Positions 50,451 to 63,313 of a DNA stretch of 64,000 bases are shown piece by piece. A model generated the notes under the pieces. That model saw nothing but the letters and a program-made list of their open reading frames with translations, was not told the origin of the DNA and made no database searches. Source of the DNA: Stegostoma tigrinum (lineage: Eukaryota); contig NC_081384.1 in NCBI RefSeq assembly GCF_030684315.1, forward strand, positions 31,148,935-31,212,934, given 5' to 3'. Position numbers and translations under genes: made by a program. The first letter of the stretch is position 1. Every line of letters starts with the position of its first letter.

Positions 50451-51435
50451 CTCATCTTGAATAAATAAACCAGAAATGCATTCAGTTCAGTCCGTGTCCA
50501 AATGCAGCACGACCTGGACAATATCCAGGCTTAGACTAAACTGTAGTAAGTACTATTGATGCCCCACAATTGCCAGTCAATGATCACCTCCAACAACACA
50601 GAATTTAACCATTGTTCATTGACATATATACATATCACTGAACACCAGACTAAAAATGTTCTTGAACAAAATAACACAAGTTTATTGTACAAAATAGAAA
50701 AAAAACTCATGGCTGTTCAGAAAAATATTTACGTAAATGACAAACCAAACTTTAAACCTGTTTCCTGGCAACATCCTTTTATAGCATCTCAAACTCAGTA
50801 AAATGTCACTCCTGTCTTAACTCCTTTTAATTTGGTAGTTGGCAGGTTTTATGGCTGAGAGTTCTAATAACTGGATAACTTCTATACAAACTCTTTCAGC
50901 TTGATGACTTCACAACCTAACGTTTGCTAGACTAAAAATGTTTTTCTGAACTGGAACTATTTTGAATTAAACCAAAATCACTTGTGGTCCCCGGTCTATT
51001 TTGTCTGTCATAAAGGTTGAATGTTGTCATCACTTGACCAGTTAATACCATACGTATCTTGCTGGGCACTTAACTGACAAAACATGCTTTTGTGGAAGTG
51101 ATGTAATTGTTTCACTTTAAAATGACATTTTTCTTTGAAAATAAAGTTTCACAGGATTGTACATATGTTTTGCCGCTACTTAAAATTTTGGGAATTTCAA
51201 TTTTAATCTCATTGTAGTTTTACACATTGTGTTTTAAAGTTTCCGTGTTTCTGTCTTTTAATGACATTTTTGGTAACCCTGTACATCTGTAATTCATTAA
51301 TATATTAAAAGTCCTTTTGCACAAACTCCACTTTTTCCATTATAACTTTGTATAGTTAACATAATATAATTAATCCCTTCACACCAGTACAGTCACTACT
51401 GTTCTATTTGTGGTAGGTGGGTGTCCTTGAGAAGA

Positions 51436-52105
51436 CAAGAACTAGGAGCAGGAGTAGTCAGTTCTGCTGCTTGAGACTACTCTGCTGTTTGATACAATCA
51501 TGGCTGATCTCACCTTGGCCTCAACTTCACTTTCCTGCCTGTTCTCCATAATCCTTCAACCCATTACTCGTCAAAAATCTGTCTACCACCTCCTCAAATT
51601 TATTCACTGTTGTGTTACCACCAGCCTCAGCTAACAAATGCCACAGATTCATGGCTTTACAAGGAAAAATAACCTCTCCTCATCTCTGTTTTAAATCTGC
51701 TACCCCTTATCCGAAAACCAAGACCCCTCATTCTAGATTACCCCACATGTAGGAATATGCTCTCTAAGTCTACTTTGTCAATCCTCTTTAGCATCATTAT
51801 ACCTCAACATGATCTCCTCTCATTATTCCAAACTCTGTAGAGTATAGGTCTAAACTGCTCAATCTTTCATCGCCAGACAAACCCATTTTCTGTGAAATTA
51901 ATGTAGTGACAATCCTTTGAATTGCCTCTTATGCAACTACATCACCCCTCAAGGGGGCCAAATTTGCATGCAGTACTTCAGGTCTGGTGTCACTAAAGTC
52001 TTGTATAGTTGCAGCAACACTTACCTACTTTTATGCATTATTGCTTTAGCATATTGTATTATTCCTTTTGTCTTCCAGATTATCTGCTGCACCTGCATTG
52101 TAGTT
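51436..52105 (-). mobile_element. Older CR1 LINE 3' fragment
   Basis: gaactaggagcaggagtag tail and tgcagtacttcaggtctggtgtcactaa region (reverse of the LVxPxLxYCxQ motif). Confidence 0.7.
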
Positions 52106-52113
52106 TTGTGATT

Positions 52114-52683
52114 TGTGAGGATAGTATGACTTTGAAGTATATTTTGCCTTAAAAAAGGCTGAGACAGGTGACTAGTGATCTGCTCAAAGCCAACAAAGTA
52201 CACAACTTGTGAAGCCTTGGGTTTTTTAAAATAGGAAAAACAGAAGCAACCTGATAATTGTAGCTTTCAGCAGTTGCATGGGTCTTAAAGCTGAATGTAA
52301 AATCTTTTAGCTGTAACAGAGATATGAATAAGCTGTGGTTCTTTCTGCTGCTAGAATTTCATGTGAGACACTCTTGTTTACTGAATTTGCCTTTGTCAAG
52401 GGTGTGTTTATGGGATGTTGCTACATTGAAAAAGTTAATTTGTTAATGTATATGTTATAAGTATTTCAATAGATACAGTTAACCCTTCTTTAATTTTGTC
52501 TGTGTTTTAACTAGTGTAAAAATAAAGTGTATTTAGCTTAAAGTCAAGTAGTTTGACCAATCAAATTGCATCTGGAATGGAATGCCTTACACTTACCTTT
52601 AAAATAGGGAAACATTAAGTCTAGGCTATCTTCTTAATATATTTTGGGAGCTGGGGAGAGTGGGTTTAGTCTGGTGCATAACA
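52114..52683. mobile_element. Solo LTR (570 bp) with 4 bp TSD
   Basis: TG...CA termini, gatt at 52110-52113 and 52684-52687, internal AATAAA; related to 10518-11164. Confidence 0.75.
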
Positions 52684-53445
52684 GATTGGGTATTTCACTG
52701 CATATTTCGATAATGACAACATAAAGACAAGGGCAAAACATACAGCTTTAAAATTTGGATTCGGTCGTACGTGGCTCCATTATTTCTTTTTCCCTTGAAT
52801 CACCATGTTTGATTTTAACTGCCTTATGACATTGTACAGGTGATTAACTAAGTTCTTGTGCACAATAAGAATTTATAGATATGCTACCCGTTATTTCAAA
52901 TGTTTTCTCTTTTAGTAACATTGCATGTGTAAGCATTACCAGGCCATACCCTATTATTATCAGCCTGATATTTGCATCAAAACCTGATGTCAACATGTGG
53001 CAGTTAGACCTCTTTTAAAAGCTGACTTAATAGCTGTACTGATAGTAAATGGTGCTGTTCTGCCGAGGCAGGCATGTTGACATCAGACCTATTTTTGCTG
53101 CAAGACAAGCGAAATAGATGTTCTGAAATTCGTACAATTGCGATACAAGTCTGGGGATTAAGCAAAGTTGAAGATTATCATATAATCTGCTGTCACTGTT
53201 GTCTGGAGACTGCAATGTTGCAAGTGGTTGCAAATGATTAATTGTAATTCAACCCACCATCCAGCATGGTATCAGTTTAACAAAAAATCAAACTTTACAT
53301 CATTTTCCCTTCAAAAACCCTGGCGGACTTTGAGGTACCAGGCTTGTGCTTTGTCAGAATTTCTTATTTAAGTGTATTGCTTCTAGTAAGTTATTCAATA
53401 TGTGTAGATATCATTTCTAATTTTGTTTCATTACTTTTTATATAG

Positions 53446-53577
53446 GTTCAAATGTGCACAAAGCGACAGTCTATGAAAATTTCCCAAGAGAACCAACTTC
53501 CTCTAAATAGCATTAAATGCCAGGAACTGGCCAATTACTACCTTGGTTTTAATGGCTGGTGCAGTCGCATAATTGCA
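53446..53577 (+). CDS. RDM1: RDM1 exon 3 (RAD52-like RD motif): VQMCTKRQSMKISQENQLPLNSIKCQELANYYLGFNGWCSRIIA
   Basis: tatAG/GTaagt, 132 nt; matches human LNSSKCQELANYYFGFNG. Confidence 0.97.
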
Positions 53578-54317
53578 GTAAGTAGAAAATAGCCATTCAA
53601 AACAATCTTCCTATCTCTGAATAAAATATAATGGACTTCTTTGTATTTAAAGCATTAATTGAAATGAACTTGAGCAGCCCACTTTTATGCTGGACAGTAA
53701 ACTTCCAACATTTTTAAAATAATGTTGCTTACTGTAGCTGCTTGCCCTTCACCTACACTTAAATAGTTATTGTCAGCCACACAATGTAATTTTGAATATG
53801 TCTTGTTCTTGAATTGGAGCCTTTGACTTACTGATTCGTTGTCACTTGCTGTCTCTCTACCTTAAAACCTTTCACCTTCCCCTCACATTCGCAAAAAATA
53901 AACTATCTTTTGAATTCCTCACACTTCAACTCCATTCAGCCTATCCCATGGCTTGAGACAGCATTGAAATCTTATGGTGATCTTCATAACTCTCTTCACC
54001 AGGGGTCAAATATGGGTCACTTGTGCTTCCCTTTATTAAAAACATGTTCACTGACCTTCAGGTGTGGAGATTATAAACTCAAGCATATGTGGTAAATATT
54101 ACAAACATGATTTATACTCAAACGTTGTCTTATTTACATGGTATTATTCTCTCCGATGTAAAATTGTCCTGGAGAAAGCATTACCTTAAAAGTTTTCTTT
54201 TTCTTATCTGGTTGTCTCCTTGTATCATCTGGCATACGTTCCCTCCATTGTCAATTTATACAACTCTATGAAGCACTTGTGTGTCTTTTTACCCAAAACT
54301 GGGGCACTTCTAGCTAC

Positions 54318-54789
54318 AGAGATAGTAGAAACTGCAGATGCTGGAGAATCTGAGATAACAAGGTGTCGAGCTGGATGAACACAGCAGGCCAAGCAGCATC
54401 AGGAAGGCTGACGTTTTGGGCCTAGACCCTCCTTCAGAAAATCTAGTGCAAGAGTGTGTTAAGAAATTAAGCTCAATGATGTACAGTTTGCAAGTTTCTG
54501 ACACTGGGCTCAGTGTAGAGATAGCTGGGAAAGACTTCTGTGATCTTTGCCCAAACCAAACTGGAGAAAATAATAAGTTATTCATGTCTAATTCTTGAAC
54601 AAGCAGGTGAATACAGTTACAACACTCGGTCATGGAAGGAAATAAAGGGGTAAAATTAAACATCAATATACACTTGGAAACTGATCTCATTTGTTTCTGA
54701 AGAAGGGTCTAGGCCCGAAACATCATCCTTCCTGCTCCTCTGATGCTGCTTGGCCTGCTGTATTCATCCAGCTCTACACCTTGTTATCA
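54318..54789. mobile_element. Fold-back Penelope-derived element carrying an inverted copy of neighbouring intronic DNA; 13 bp TSD with one mismatch
   Basis: Arms 54318-54440 and 54695-54788; insert 54442-54694 is the reverse complement of 56291-56543; cacttc(t/c)agctac at 54305-54317 and 54790-54802. Confidence 0.9.
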
Positions 54790-55147
54790 CACTTCCAGCT
54801 ACTCCATCTTTACAAACACTCTTTCTTTTTTTTTAGTTTACAGTTTCAGATTCATCTTCTGTCTTCAACCTGTCTGCCTTCTGCGATCATACTTGACATA
54901 ACCTGCCCGGCATCCTGGATTGCATGTTAACCCCTATTTATGCTTGCTATTTCAATCAATCTTTTGTCCTGCTGATCAAAGTTCCCAGGATATCCTCCAT
55001 GACTGATTGTGGGTCACTTTCTTTTCATCTTTGATTATTTCTCAACTGTATTGAATCACATTGAACGTGCTTCTTTATTCTAAAAATTCTCCTCCATTGT
55101 CCAAATGGGGCATTGCATTTTGGTGCACTACCACTAAAGCCATAATT

Positions 55148-56168
55148 CATAAAGATGTATAGCATGAAAACACATCCTTCAGTTCAACTCGTGCATGCTA
55201 GCCAGATATCCTAAATTAATCTAGTCCCATTTGGCCCAGATCCCCCTCAACCCTTCCTAATTCATGCAGTCATACAGGTGCCTTTTAAATGTAATTATAC
55301 CAGTCTCCATCACTTCCTCTGGCATCTCATTCCATACATGCATCACCCTCTGCATGAAAAAGTTGCCTCTTACATCCCTTTAAACTTTCCCATGTCATCT
55401 TAAACCTGTGCTCTCTAGTTTTGGACACCACTACCCTAGGGAAAAGACCTCGGCTATTTCCTCTGTCTGTGCACCCACCCTCATGATTTTATTAACTTCT
55501 ATAACGTTGCCCCTCAGTCTCCAGTCCAGGGAAAATAGCCCTGGCCTATTCAGCCACCCCCTAAAGCTTAAGACGTACAACTTTGGCAACATTCTTAAGT
55601 TTTTTTTCTGGACCCTTTCAGATTTCACAACACCGTCTTTCCTATACCAGGAAGAACAGAATTGAATACAGTGTTCCAAACGTTTTTGGCCTAACATGTC
55701 CTGTACAGCCTCAACATGACCTCCCAACTCGTACACTCAGTGCACTGACCAATAAAGGCAAGCATACCCAAAGCCGCCTTCACTATCCTGTCTATCTGCA
55801 ACTCTATTTTCAAGGAACTATGAACCTGCACTCCAAGGTCCTTGTTCAGCAGCACTCCCCAGGACCTTACCATTAAGTGTATAAGTCCTGCCCTGATTTG
55901 CCTTTCCAAAATGCAGCACCTCACATTTATACAAATTAAACTCCATCTGCCACTCACCCATTCGGCCCATCTGATCAATGTCCTGTACTACTCGGAGGTA
56001 ATCTTGTTGGCTGTCCACTTCATCGCTAATTTTGGTGTCATCTGTGATCTTCCTAACCATATCTACTGTGTTCACATCCAAATCTTTTATAATAAATGAT
56101 AAAATGCAGTGGACCCAGCACCAATCCTTGTGGCACACCACTGGCCACAGGCCTCCTGTCTGAAAAAC
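55148..56168 (-). mobile_element. CR1 LINE 3' portion
   Basis: KITDDTKI (degenerate FADD), EWQMEFNLYKCEVLHFGKAN, LEHCIQFCSSWYRKDGVVKSERVQKK; similar to 48790-49830. Confidence 0.9.
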
Positions 56169-57519
56169 ATACTACTTTGCCTCAAATGGCATTTCATGTC
56201 ATGCTGGCATGGTCACCTGTAGTTTATCTGTGAAGCTGTGTATTGATGGAACCCTGATTCATTATTTGCATGTCTTTTGTTGATATTTGGACAAATGAGA
56301 TCAGTTTCCAAGTGTATGTTGATGTTTAATTTTGCCCCTTTATTTCCTTCCATGACTCTGTGTGTGTTGTAACTGTATTCACCTGCTTGTTCAAGAATTA
56401 GACATGAATAACTTATTATTTTCTCCAGTTTGGTTTGGGCAAAGATCACAGAAATCTTTCCCAGCTATCTCTACACTGAGCCCAGTGTCAGAAACTTGCA
56501 AACTGTACATCATTGAGCTTAATTTCTTAACACACCCACTAGAATTACTTTCTTGCTTGAAATGCCTGTTTCTGCATCTATTAATGAAAAATACATCCAC
56601 ACTTTTTTTTTCTTCTTGAGGCTGAAATTATTTTGCAGTTCTTGCTGTCTTCATTCTTTCTAACTTAGTAACAGTGTTTGAAAACTGATTTATTGCCGCA
56701 CATGAATCTTGCTAGTCATCCAATATCTGGTCTGTACTCAGCTTCACAGTCTTTTCCATTGCCAATAGTATCAACTACAAGCTCTGATTTTTTCATTTAA
56801 ATCTACCAGTGGCCTTGCTTCTCTCCATTTTCAGCTTCCTCTAGTTATGTTTTCATGTGTTCTTTCTACTCCCAATACCAGATTATTTGTCACATCCTTG
56901 CAGCATTGATCATTGCTCGTTCAATCACTATGCTTTCCAACCTGTGATTTTCTATTTTGGTACATCTGCTTCTGTTTCCATCCATGTTTTAGAAGCCTCC
57001 TGCCAAAATTTTTCTTTGACTGTACTTTCATGCTACCTTCAACCTTGATGCCACGCGCTAAGGGCTGAGCGTAAAGCACTTGGGTATCTTTACACTTTAT
57101 ATAAGATGCTTTATGTGATTGAGCTATCATCCTGTAAATTAGTTTACCATTCATGCACTTAGCACATAGAACATTACAGCCCAGAACAGGCCCTTCGGCC
57201 CTCGATGTTGCGTTGCATGATGAGCAATATGTCATCAGATTAGAAAGAAACTGCCCCATAGCTGATGACACAGAATGAGGAACCTCTTATCATGCTGCAG
57301 CTGCAGATGTTGGAAATAAACTCTGTTTGAATGAAGGTTTTTCTCTTCTAAGAAAGAAAAAGGGACTTTCACATTTGCACCACTCATGGGAATATTCAGT
57401 AACTATTTTCCCTTTTACCATCAGTATGCTATAAAAAGTGCAAAGTTAGTCTAAGAAAATGGCCCTAGTTAATTTGTTGTGAGGGGAATTGACTACAAAT
57501 GTATTGAAGTTATACTTAA

Positions 57520-58500
57520 GTCATACAGGCATTGCTGAGATCACATATGGAGAGATACATGCAGTATCGGTCACCTTATTTAAAGAAGGATGTAAATGCA
57601 AGGAAGCAGTTCACAAGTCTACCGGGCTAATAATTGAAATGGATGGGTTGTCTTAAGGAAATGTTGGACAGGCTAGGCTTGTGTCAGCTGGAGTGTGGAA
57701 GATTTAAGAGGTACTTTTTTGAAACATTTGGATCTTTGGGGTCATTGCATGTGGAAAGGATGTTTCTCCACAAACTCAGAATCACTGTTTTAAAAATAAG
57801 GTGTTTCCTGTTTAAGATTTAAAAAAAAATTTCAGATGGTCATGAGCCATTGGAATGCTCTTCCTCAAACAGCGAGGCAGAAGTGAGTTCTTGATGAACA
57901 AGATTTGAAAGATTATCAGGATAAGCAGAAATATAAAGTAAACAGTCACAATCTTGGTTGAGTGGCTTATTCCACCTAATTCGTGTGTTTATGTTTTTCT
58001 CTTGTCCTGCTTTGTTGAATAGCAGTGCAATATTTGCTAGCTTCCCCTCCCTTAATGCCCTTCTATAATGTGAGGAATTTTATAAAATCACCACAAATGC
58101 CTCCAACCTCTCTGAAAGCATCTCTTTTATAAGTTTAGAAAGTAGCCTCTTGTGTCCAGGAGAATTGCCCCATATTGTCCCCATAATTTCCTGTGCTGAT
58201 TTAAGTACTTTAACTTCCTCACTCTCATATACACTTTGATTTTCAGTCATTTTGGGAATACTTTTTGGACGTCCTACTGTGAAATTGGGTACCAATATTT
58301 TGTTTTCTGCCATTTTCCTATTTCCCACTGTAATTTCTTTCCTCTCAGCCTGTGTACTTTAGCTTCCATTTTGCTTACTTGTAAGAACTTGCAATCTGTT
58401 TTTGAGATTTCTTGTTTTCTTGTGTTTGTATGACTTTATTTTGACTTTTTGAATTTTTGATCATCCTTTGTTGTTTTCACAACTATTCCAAATATTCAGG
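57520..58500. mobile_element. Highly decayed CR1 fragments in both orientations
   Basis: tcaccttatttaaagaaggatgtaaatgca on +; MGNRKMAENKILVPNFTV on -. Confidence 0.5.
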
Positions 58501-59502
58501 CTTACCACTGTACTTTGACATTTTGAGCCTATTCTTTCCAGGCTGCACTTAAAGCCAGTGATCTCACTACGTGACACACCATACACACGTGGGCAGTAGG
58601 AATGTATTGCAGGTTGACATCACCACAAAACAATGGAACAGTAGCTGATTTGTAACAAAAATCGTCCTGCCCAGCCATTCACAGGGTAGAAGTTCTGAAG
58701 TGTTCCTAGAAAAATTAAATATTCTGATCATGAAGGATTTATTCCTTTTGGAAAGCTGGATTGAGCTGACCAATCGCTCCACAGAGGTTAATGTATCACT
58801 TGTATGAGAGGGTGATTGTTTCACAAAGCTGTATTTGATTCTGAGTGTTTTGCAGTAAAATAGATACTTTACATGACATGCCATTTTGCATGCACAATGG
58901 CAAACAGCAACAGATTCCTGCTGCAACAGATCAATGTCATCTGGACTGCACAAGGCATCCATGTGCACACAGCTGTCAGCAGCCATCTTTAACGACACAC
59001 CTGTCTTTGGAGCACACTTATTTTTCATTCAAAACTTAACTTCTTTAGGCAATCATAGCTGAATTACTTTTACTGTGGTGATTGCTTCTTGATGGAATGT
59101 AGTTTCATTGAGAATTGTTCTGAATATGTCACTGCTTATCTATCTATCTTTTTAATCCATTTACTCAATTAAATTTAGGCATAAAGCTATGTAATTCGCT
59201 TACAAAATTAAAGATTCCTTCAGATATAAACATATCACTGAAATTGTACATGGAATAGAAATGCATGTGAATTTATTCAAATGAATTATACTATTAAGAT
59301 TGCACTGGTTCATAGGTTACTTGACAGTGAGGTTACTAATTTACACTATCACGTTCTAGAATACAGAATCTGAAATATATTGCCTTGTTTGGTGCCATGT
59401 TGTAGTATTCTGGGAAACGGTCTTCAATTAATCTATGAATTAATTTTCCAGGTTACCTTTGCCAATTTGATTTGTGAAGCACCAATTCCTGCATAAGTTG
59501 TG

Positions 59503-59618
59503 ATGTGGAAGTGCCAGTGTTGGACCTGGGGTGGACAAGGTCAGAAATCACACAACACCAGGTTATAGTCCAATAAATGTGTTGGACTATAACCTAATCT
59601 TGTGTGATTTCTGACCTT
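59503..59618. mobile_element. Short hairpin element of the 29619 family, about 80 bp upstream of RDM1 exon 4
   Basis: caaggtcagaaatcacacaa..ggttatagtccaa / ttggactataacct..ttgtgtgatttctgaccttg; imperfect TSD gcataagttgtg / gcaaaaattgtg. Confidence 0.75.
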
Positions 59619-59701
59619 GCAAAAATTGTGTATGCTAAGGGTGTCTGTGTTCTAGTTCACATTTCATTGTCTTATTTGCAGCCTCTGTTTCTAATATACA
59701 G

Positions 59702-59870
59702 CTCCAGAATATTTCTAATTCAGGTGGATGTGAAGAAAATACACAGGAACTGGGGCAACTGGAGAGAAAGAGCATGAAATATATTTGTGTTATGGAAGTT
59801 AAATTGAGAAATTACGGCATGTGTTCTAAAGGTATTGGGATTTCTGAAGAATTTGACCAAGACATAACAG
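59702..59870 (+). CDS. RDM1: RDM1 exon 4: LQNISNSGGCEENTQELGQLERKSMKYICVMEVKLRNYGMCSKGIGISEEFDQDIT
   Basis: tacAG/GTgaga, 169 nt phase 0/1; aligns with human LQELSD..SLKFFCALEVVL..SPGIGLVEE. Confidence 0.93.
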
Positions 59871-62800
59871 GTGAGAAATAAATTGGAACTTGTCTAATAG
59901 ACACTATATGAGTGTCTTCTTATTGGTATTATCGAGCGATGTTGGTCAATATATCACTTGCCACCATTCTACAATACTATCTTTATGTACCATTTATCTA
60001 TAAGAATAATTTCAGCAATATAGTCTTTCCTCAATGACTTTTAAACTTGTACTCTGAAATAGAATCTTAACTCATTGTCCTGACTTGGAGTCAAAGGCAA
60101 ACTGGAACTTCCATTCATATTGAGAAAAGCACAGAATCTGCTTGCAGCTAACCTTTGGATAGAAATTTGAAATGTATAGGAACTTATTTATTTTAGTACT
60201 GTAATGCTTATATTTCCATTATGGGCTCACAAAAAGCCATTTCTCCACACTGCTGATCCGCTCAGAATGAAGTTAACCTTTACAGGTGATAATATGTGAC
60301 CCCTTCAAGCCTGTACTGGACCTTTAAATAGAAAAGCAAGTTTTCTTCTCTACTGCAAAAAAAATTTTAAAAAGCCTTATCCAAATTATATGTGTACAAT
60401 GGACCAGCTGAGGTGCATCTCACTGTTATGGTTTTGGTTAAGATCCTGTATGTATATATTTTAAAATATGATTTCTCTGTTTAGCCACATGATTGACACA
60501 CTTTCCTGTTACTACTCTCCCAAAGCCAAAGGTGCAGAATAAATGTCATTAGTCGCTGCAGTCAGTGAAACTAAGTTAACCTTTCTGCTGTCGGTTTCCG
60601 ATAACGGAATCATACCTAGCAGCTCAACTGGTTATGTGCAAAGCTTAACAATGAACTTATCTACCTTTCTTTGTCTTTCTTCAATTCCTGCTCCTGTTAC
60701 CATGCTAATATTTCAGCCTATTCAATCTGTCTCTCTTTCAGTTTTGCATCCCTTATTAACATAATCTTGCTATAAAGAGTGTTTTAATTGAAAGTATCTC
60801 TATCGACAACAACATAAATCTAATGAACCACAGCTAGCCAAAACCCTGGATATCAACATAGGCAAAGGCAGTAAACCTGACAAATGGAGTGCCATAAAAC
60901 ACAGCTGTGGGAATAATGATGCCAGAAATAGAAAACAACAAATAGTAGAACTTATTGAGTGAAGGGCATGCAAACAGATTCATTGATCAAACTAAGGACC
61001 GATGAATGAAAGGCGGAAGCATGACTGTAGAATTGCAAAGGATGTAGAATGATTTCAGATGCTATGGGGCAGAAGTTCTTGGTTATAAAAACACCATTTG
61101 GAGTCAGGACATGCATTTAAAAACAAAATTTGATGTTGATTTCAGCATCTTCGCTCGTGAATACAGCAATTAAATATTAAACATAACATTAAATATTTAA
61201 TCTGTTTTAATTTTAAGCTGTGATTGGGACATAGGGAAGTACCAGGATGACCTTACTTATTAGATTTATTTCTTTTGGGTACAAGTTAATTGTTTCAGTT
61301 GTGCAGAAGATAGTTGCCACATCAGGTATTATACTGTAGGCATTGATCACAAAGCGTGGAAGAACTGGGGAAAAGAAATGTATTACAAGTGGATCTTACT
61401 TATGGGGTTTGTGATTTATTTTATTTGTGGCAAAAGAGTTTCTAGCAGATTCATTTCCACCAACACTGTTCTTGCTACGATATGAACTGTACCTTTCCAG
61501 TGCTTGTAGTGGTTAAATGAAAACGCTACAAATACTATAGATGAATAACAGAAACTGACTGACTGATAAATATCCTGCAATGCTGTTTGAAGTGTCTGAA
61601 CAGTGCAAAAGAAGTTTAAAGTTAAATGATTATAAAGGAAGATGCTTTGGATGTCATTGATAGATCTCTGGAATTATGCTTATAGTTAGTGTCATAAATA
61701 AACTCTATGCGGATCCTAACTTTCACTTATGCCTGTATTGACTTAGCACCCTTGTGCTTGCTAAATAATGCTGGCTACTTGTCCAGCATTGCTTTGATTT
61801 TAAACATTCTCATCTTTGTTGTCAGATCCTTTCATGCTCTCGTCCTGCAGGTTGCGGAGATCTTTGTGCTTCTTCAGTTTGGGCATTCTGCACACGTTTT
61901 TATTGCTCCATCGCTGGACACTACTTTCAGCAGTCGAGAGCCTTAAGCTCTGAAATTCTATCCCTGAGCCCCATATTCCTCTCTACCCTGTTTCTTAAAA
62001 CATACTTCTTTGAACAAGTTTGACATATTTATCCTAATACCATCTTGTGACTATCTCAACCTCCTTTGAAACACTCATGGTTTATTACATTAATGGATCA
62101 ATATAAATGCAAGTTATTAATTTGCTTTAAGCCCCACCTGTAATTTAATGACATAAGGATAATCCAAGTAGGCTTGGAATTAAGACAAAAGCTCAGAAGC
62201 TAACACCACATTGTACAACACTTTCCATTACGGTTTACAATGAATGTAGTGGCAAATGGCTCAGTTCAATGAAGTGTCTGTCATAATGGGAGTAAAATAT
62301 TCAGTTGATTTCATGGGAACTAGGAGCTTAGAATGCACGTGCTTGTGAAAATCAGTTACCGGACAAGGTTAATCCTTTCACGCCTCTGTAATGATTTTGT
62401 TTTGGGTTTACTACGAAATTGCTTAAAGTTAATGATTTTGTTTTGGTATTCACCCTGTATCTGGGAAGCTGTAGGAGTAAAGGACAGGGATGTGGTTGTG
62501 AAAGGTTTCCCTCCTCCCAGATATTTGAGGTTCCGTTGACTCAATTTGCCACATTCAAAGATCAAAGCTAAATCATATTGTGAATCTTTTTAAAACCAGT
62601 AATTAATTTGGATTTGTACACTGCACAACTTGAAACTGTCATTACCAGTTGTGTTTCTATAACTTGTGGACAGTACTGTTGCTTTGTCTGATTCTTCTAA
62701 ATTCAAGGTACAATTGGCCGAGACAGCAAGCAATTCAAATTACCAGTGTGAATGTAAACAGACATTTGGTGCAACAGAAACAGTATGCCTTTGACTCATC

Positions 62801-63214
62801 ACATAACAAATGCAGCCTCACTGCAGAACTTCACCAAATGTTCCACTTAATTATAGTACTCACCGAGTGTTATGCACTTGCGGGTGTTTGTTTCACGAGA
62901 CATACACAGTTCCGTCTGCCTATTGAAGTGAAAATGAAGGAGTAAGTGGTACTTTTCAAAGAAGACTGGGGAGTTTGTCCTTGACAAACACCATATAAAA
63001 AGACTAAAACATTGTTTGCTGTCTTTGACCTCACTGTATGCAATTTTAAAAAAGCATGACACTTCTAAAATGGTCAGAGATGTGAAATGCTTTGAAACTT
63101 AAGATCATGAGAGGATTTATTTGAGTTCTTCCAAATATGTCTGCAGCAATATATTGTTAATCAAATATTCCTAATCATCTGAACACTCATTGTTAAGCTT
63201 TCATTCTGTTGTAG

Positions 63215-63313
63215 ATCCACTCAATTTTGCCTTGAAAGTTGGAAGGGCTCAAAAGGCTGCAACACAGAAAGCTTTATCAGATGCATTTCAGAAGTTCTTC
63301 ATTGTTTTCCTAG
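63215..63313 (+). CDS. RDM1: RDM1 exon 5: (D)PLNFALKVGRAQKAATQKALSDAFQKFFIVFL; gene continues past the window
   Basis: gtAG/GTaaac, 99 nt phase 1/1; matches human AQKLAIQKALSDAFQKLLIVVL. Confidence 0.96.

Noticed and set aside
54310-56619. Duplicated ORF peptides (CVKKLSSMMYSLQVSDTG.., CCNCIHLLVQELDMNN..) suggesting a small gene pair
   Set aside because: By-products of the inverted ~250 bp duplication; no splice or homology support.
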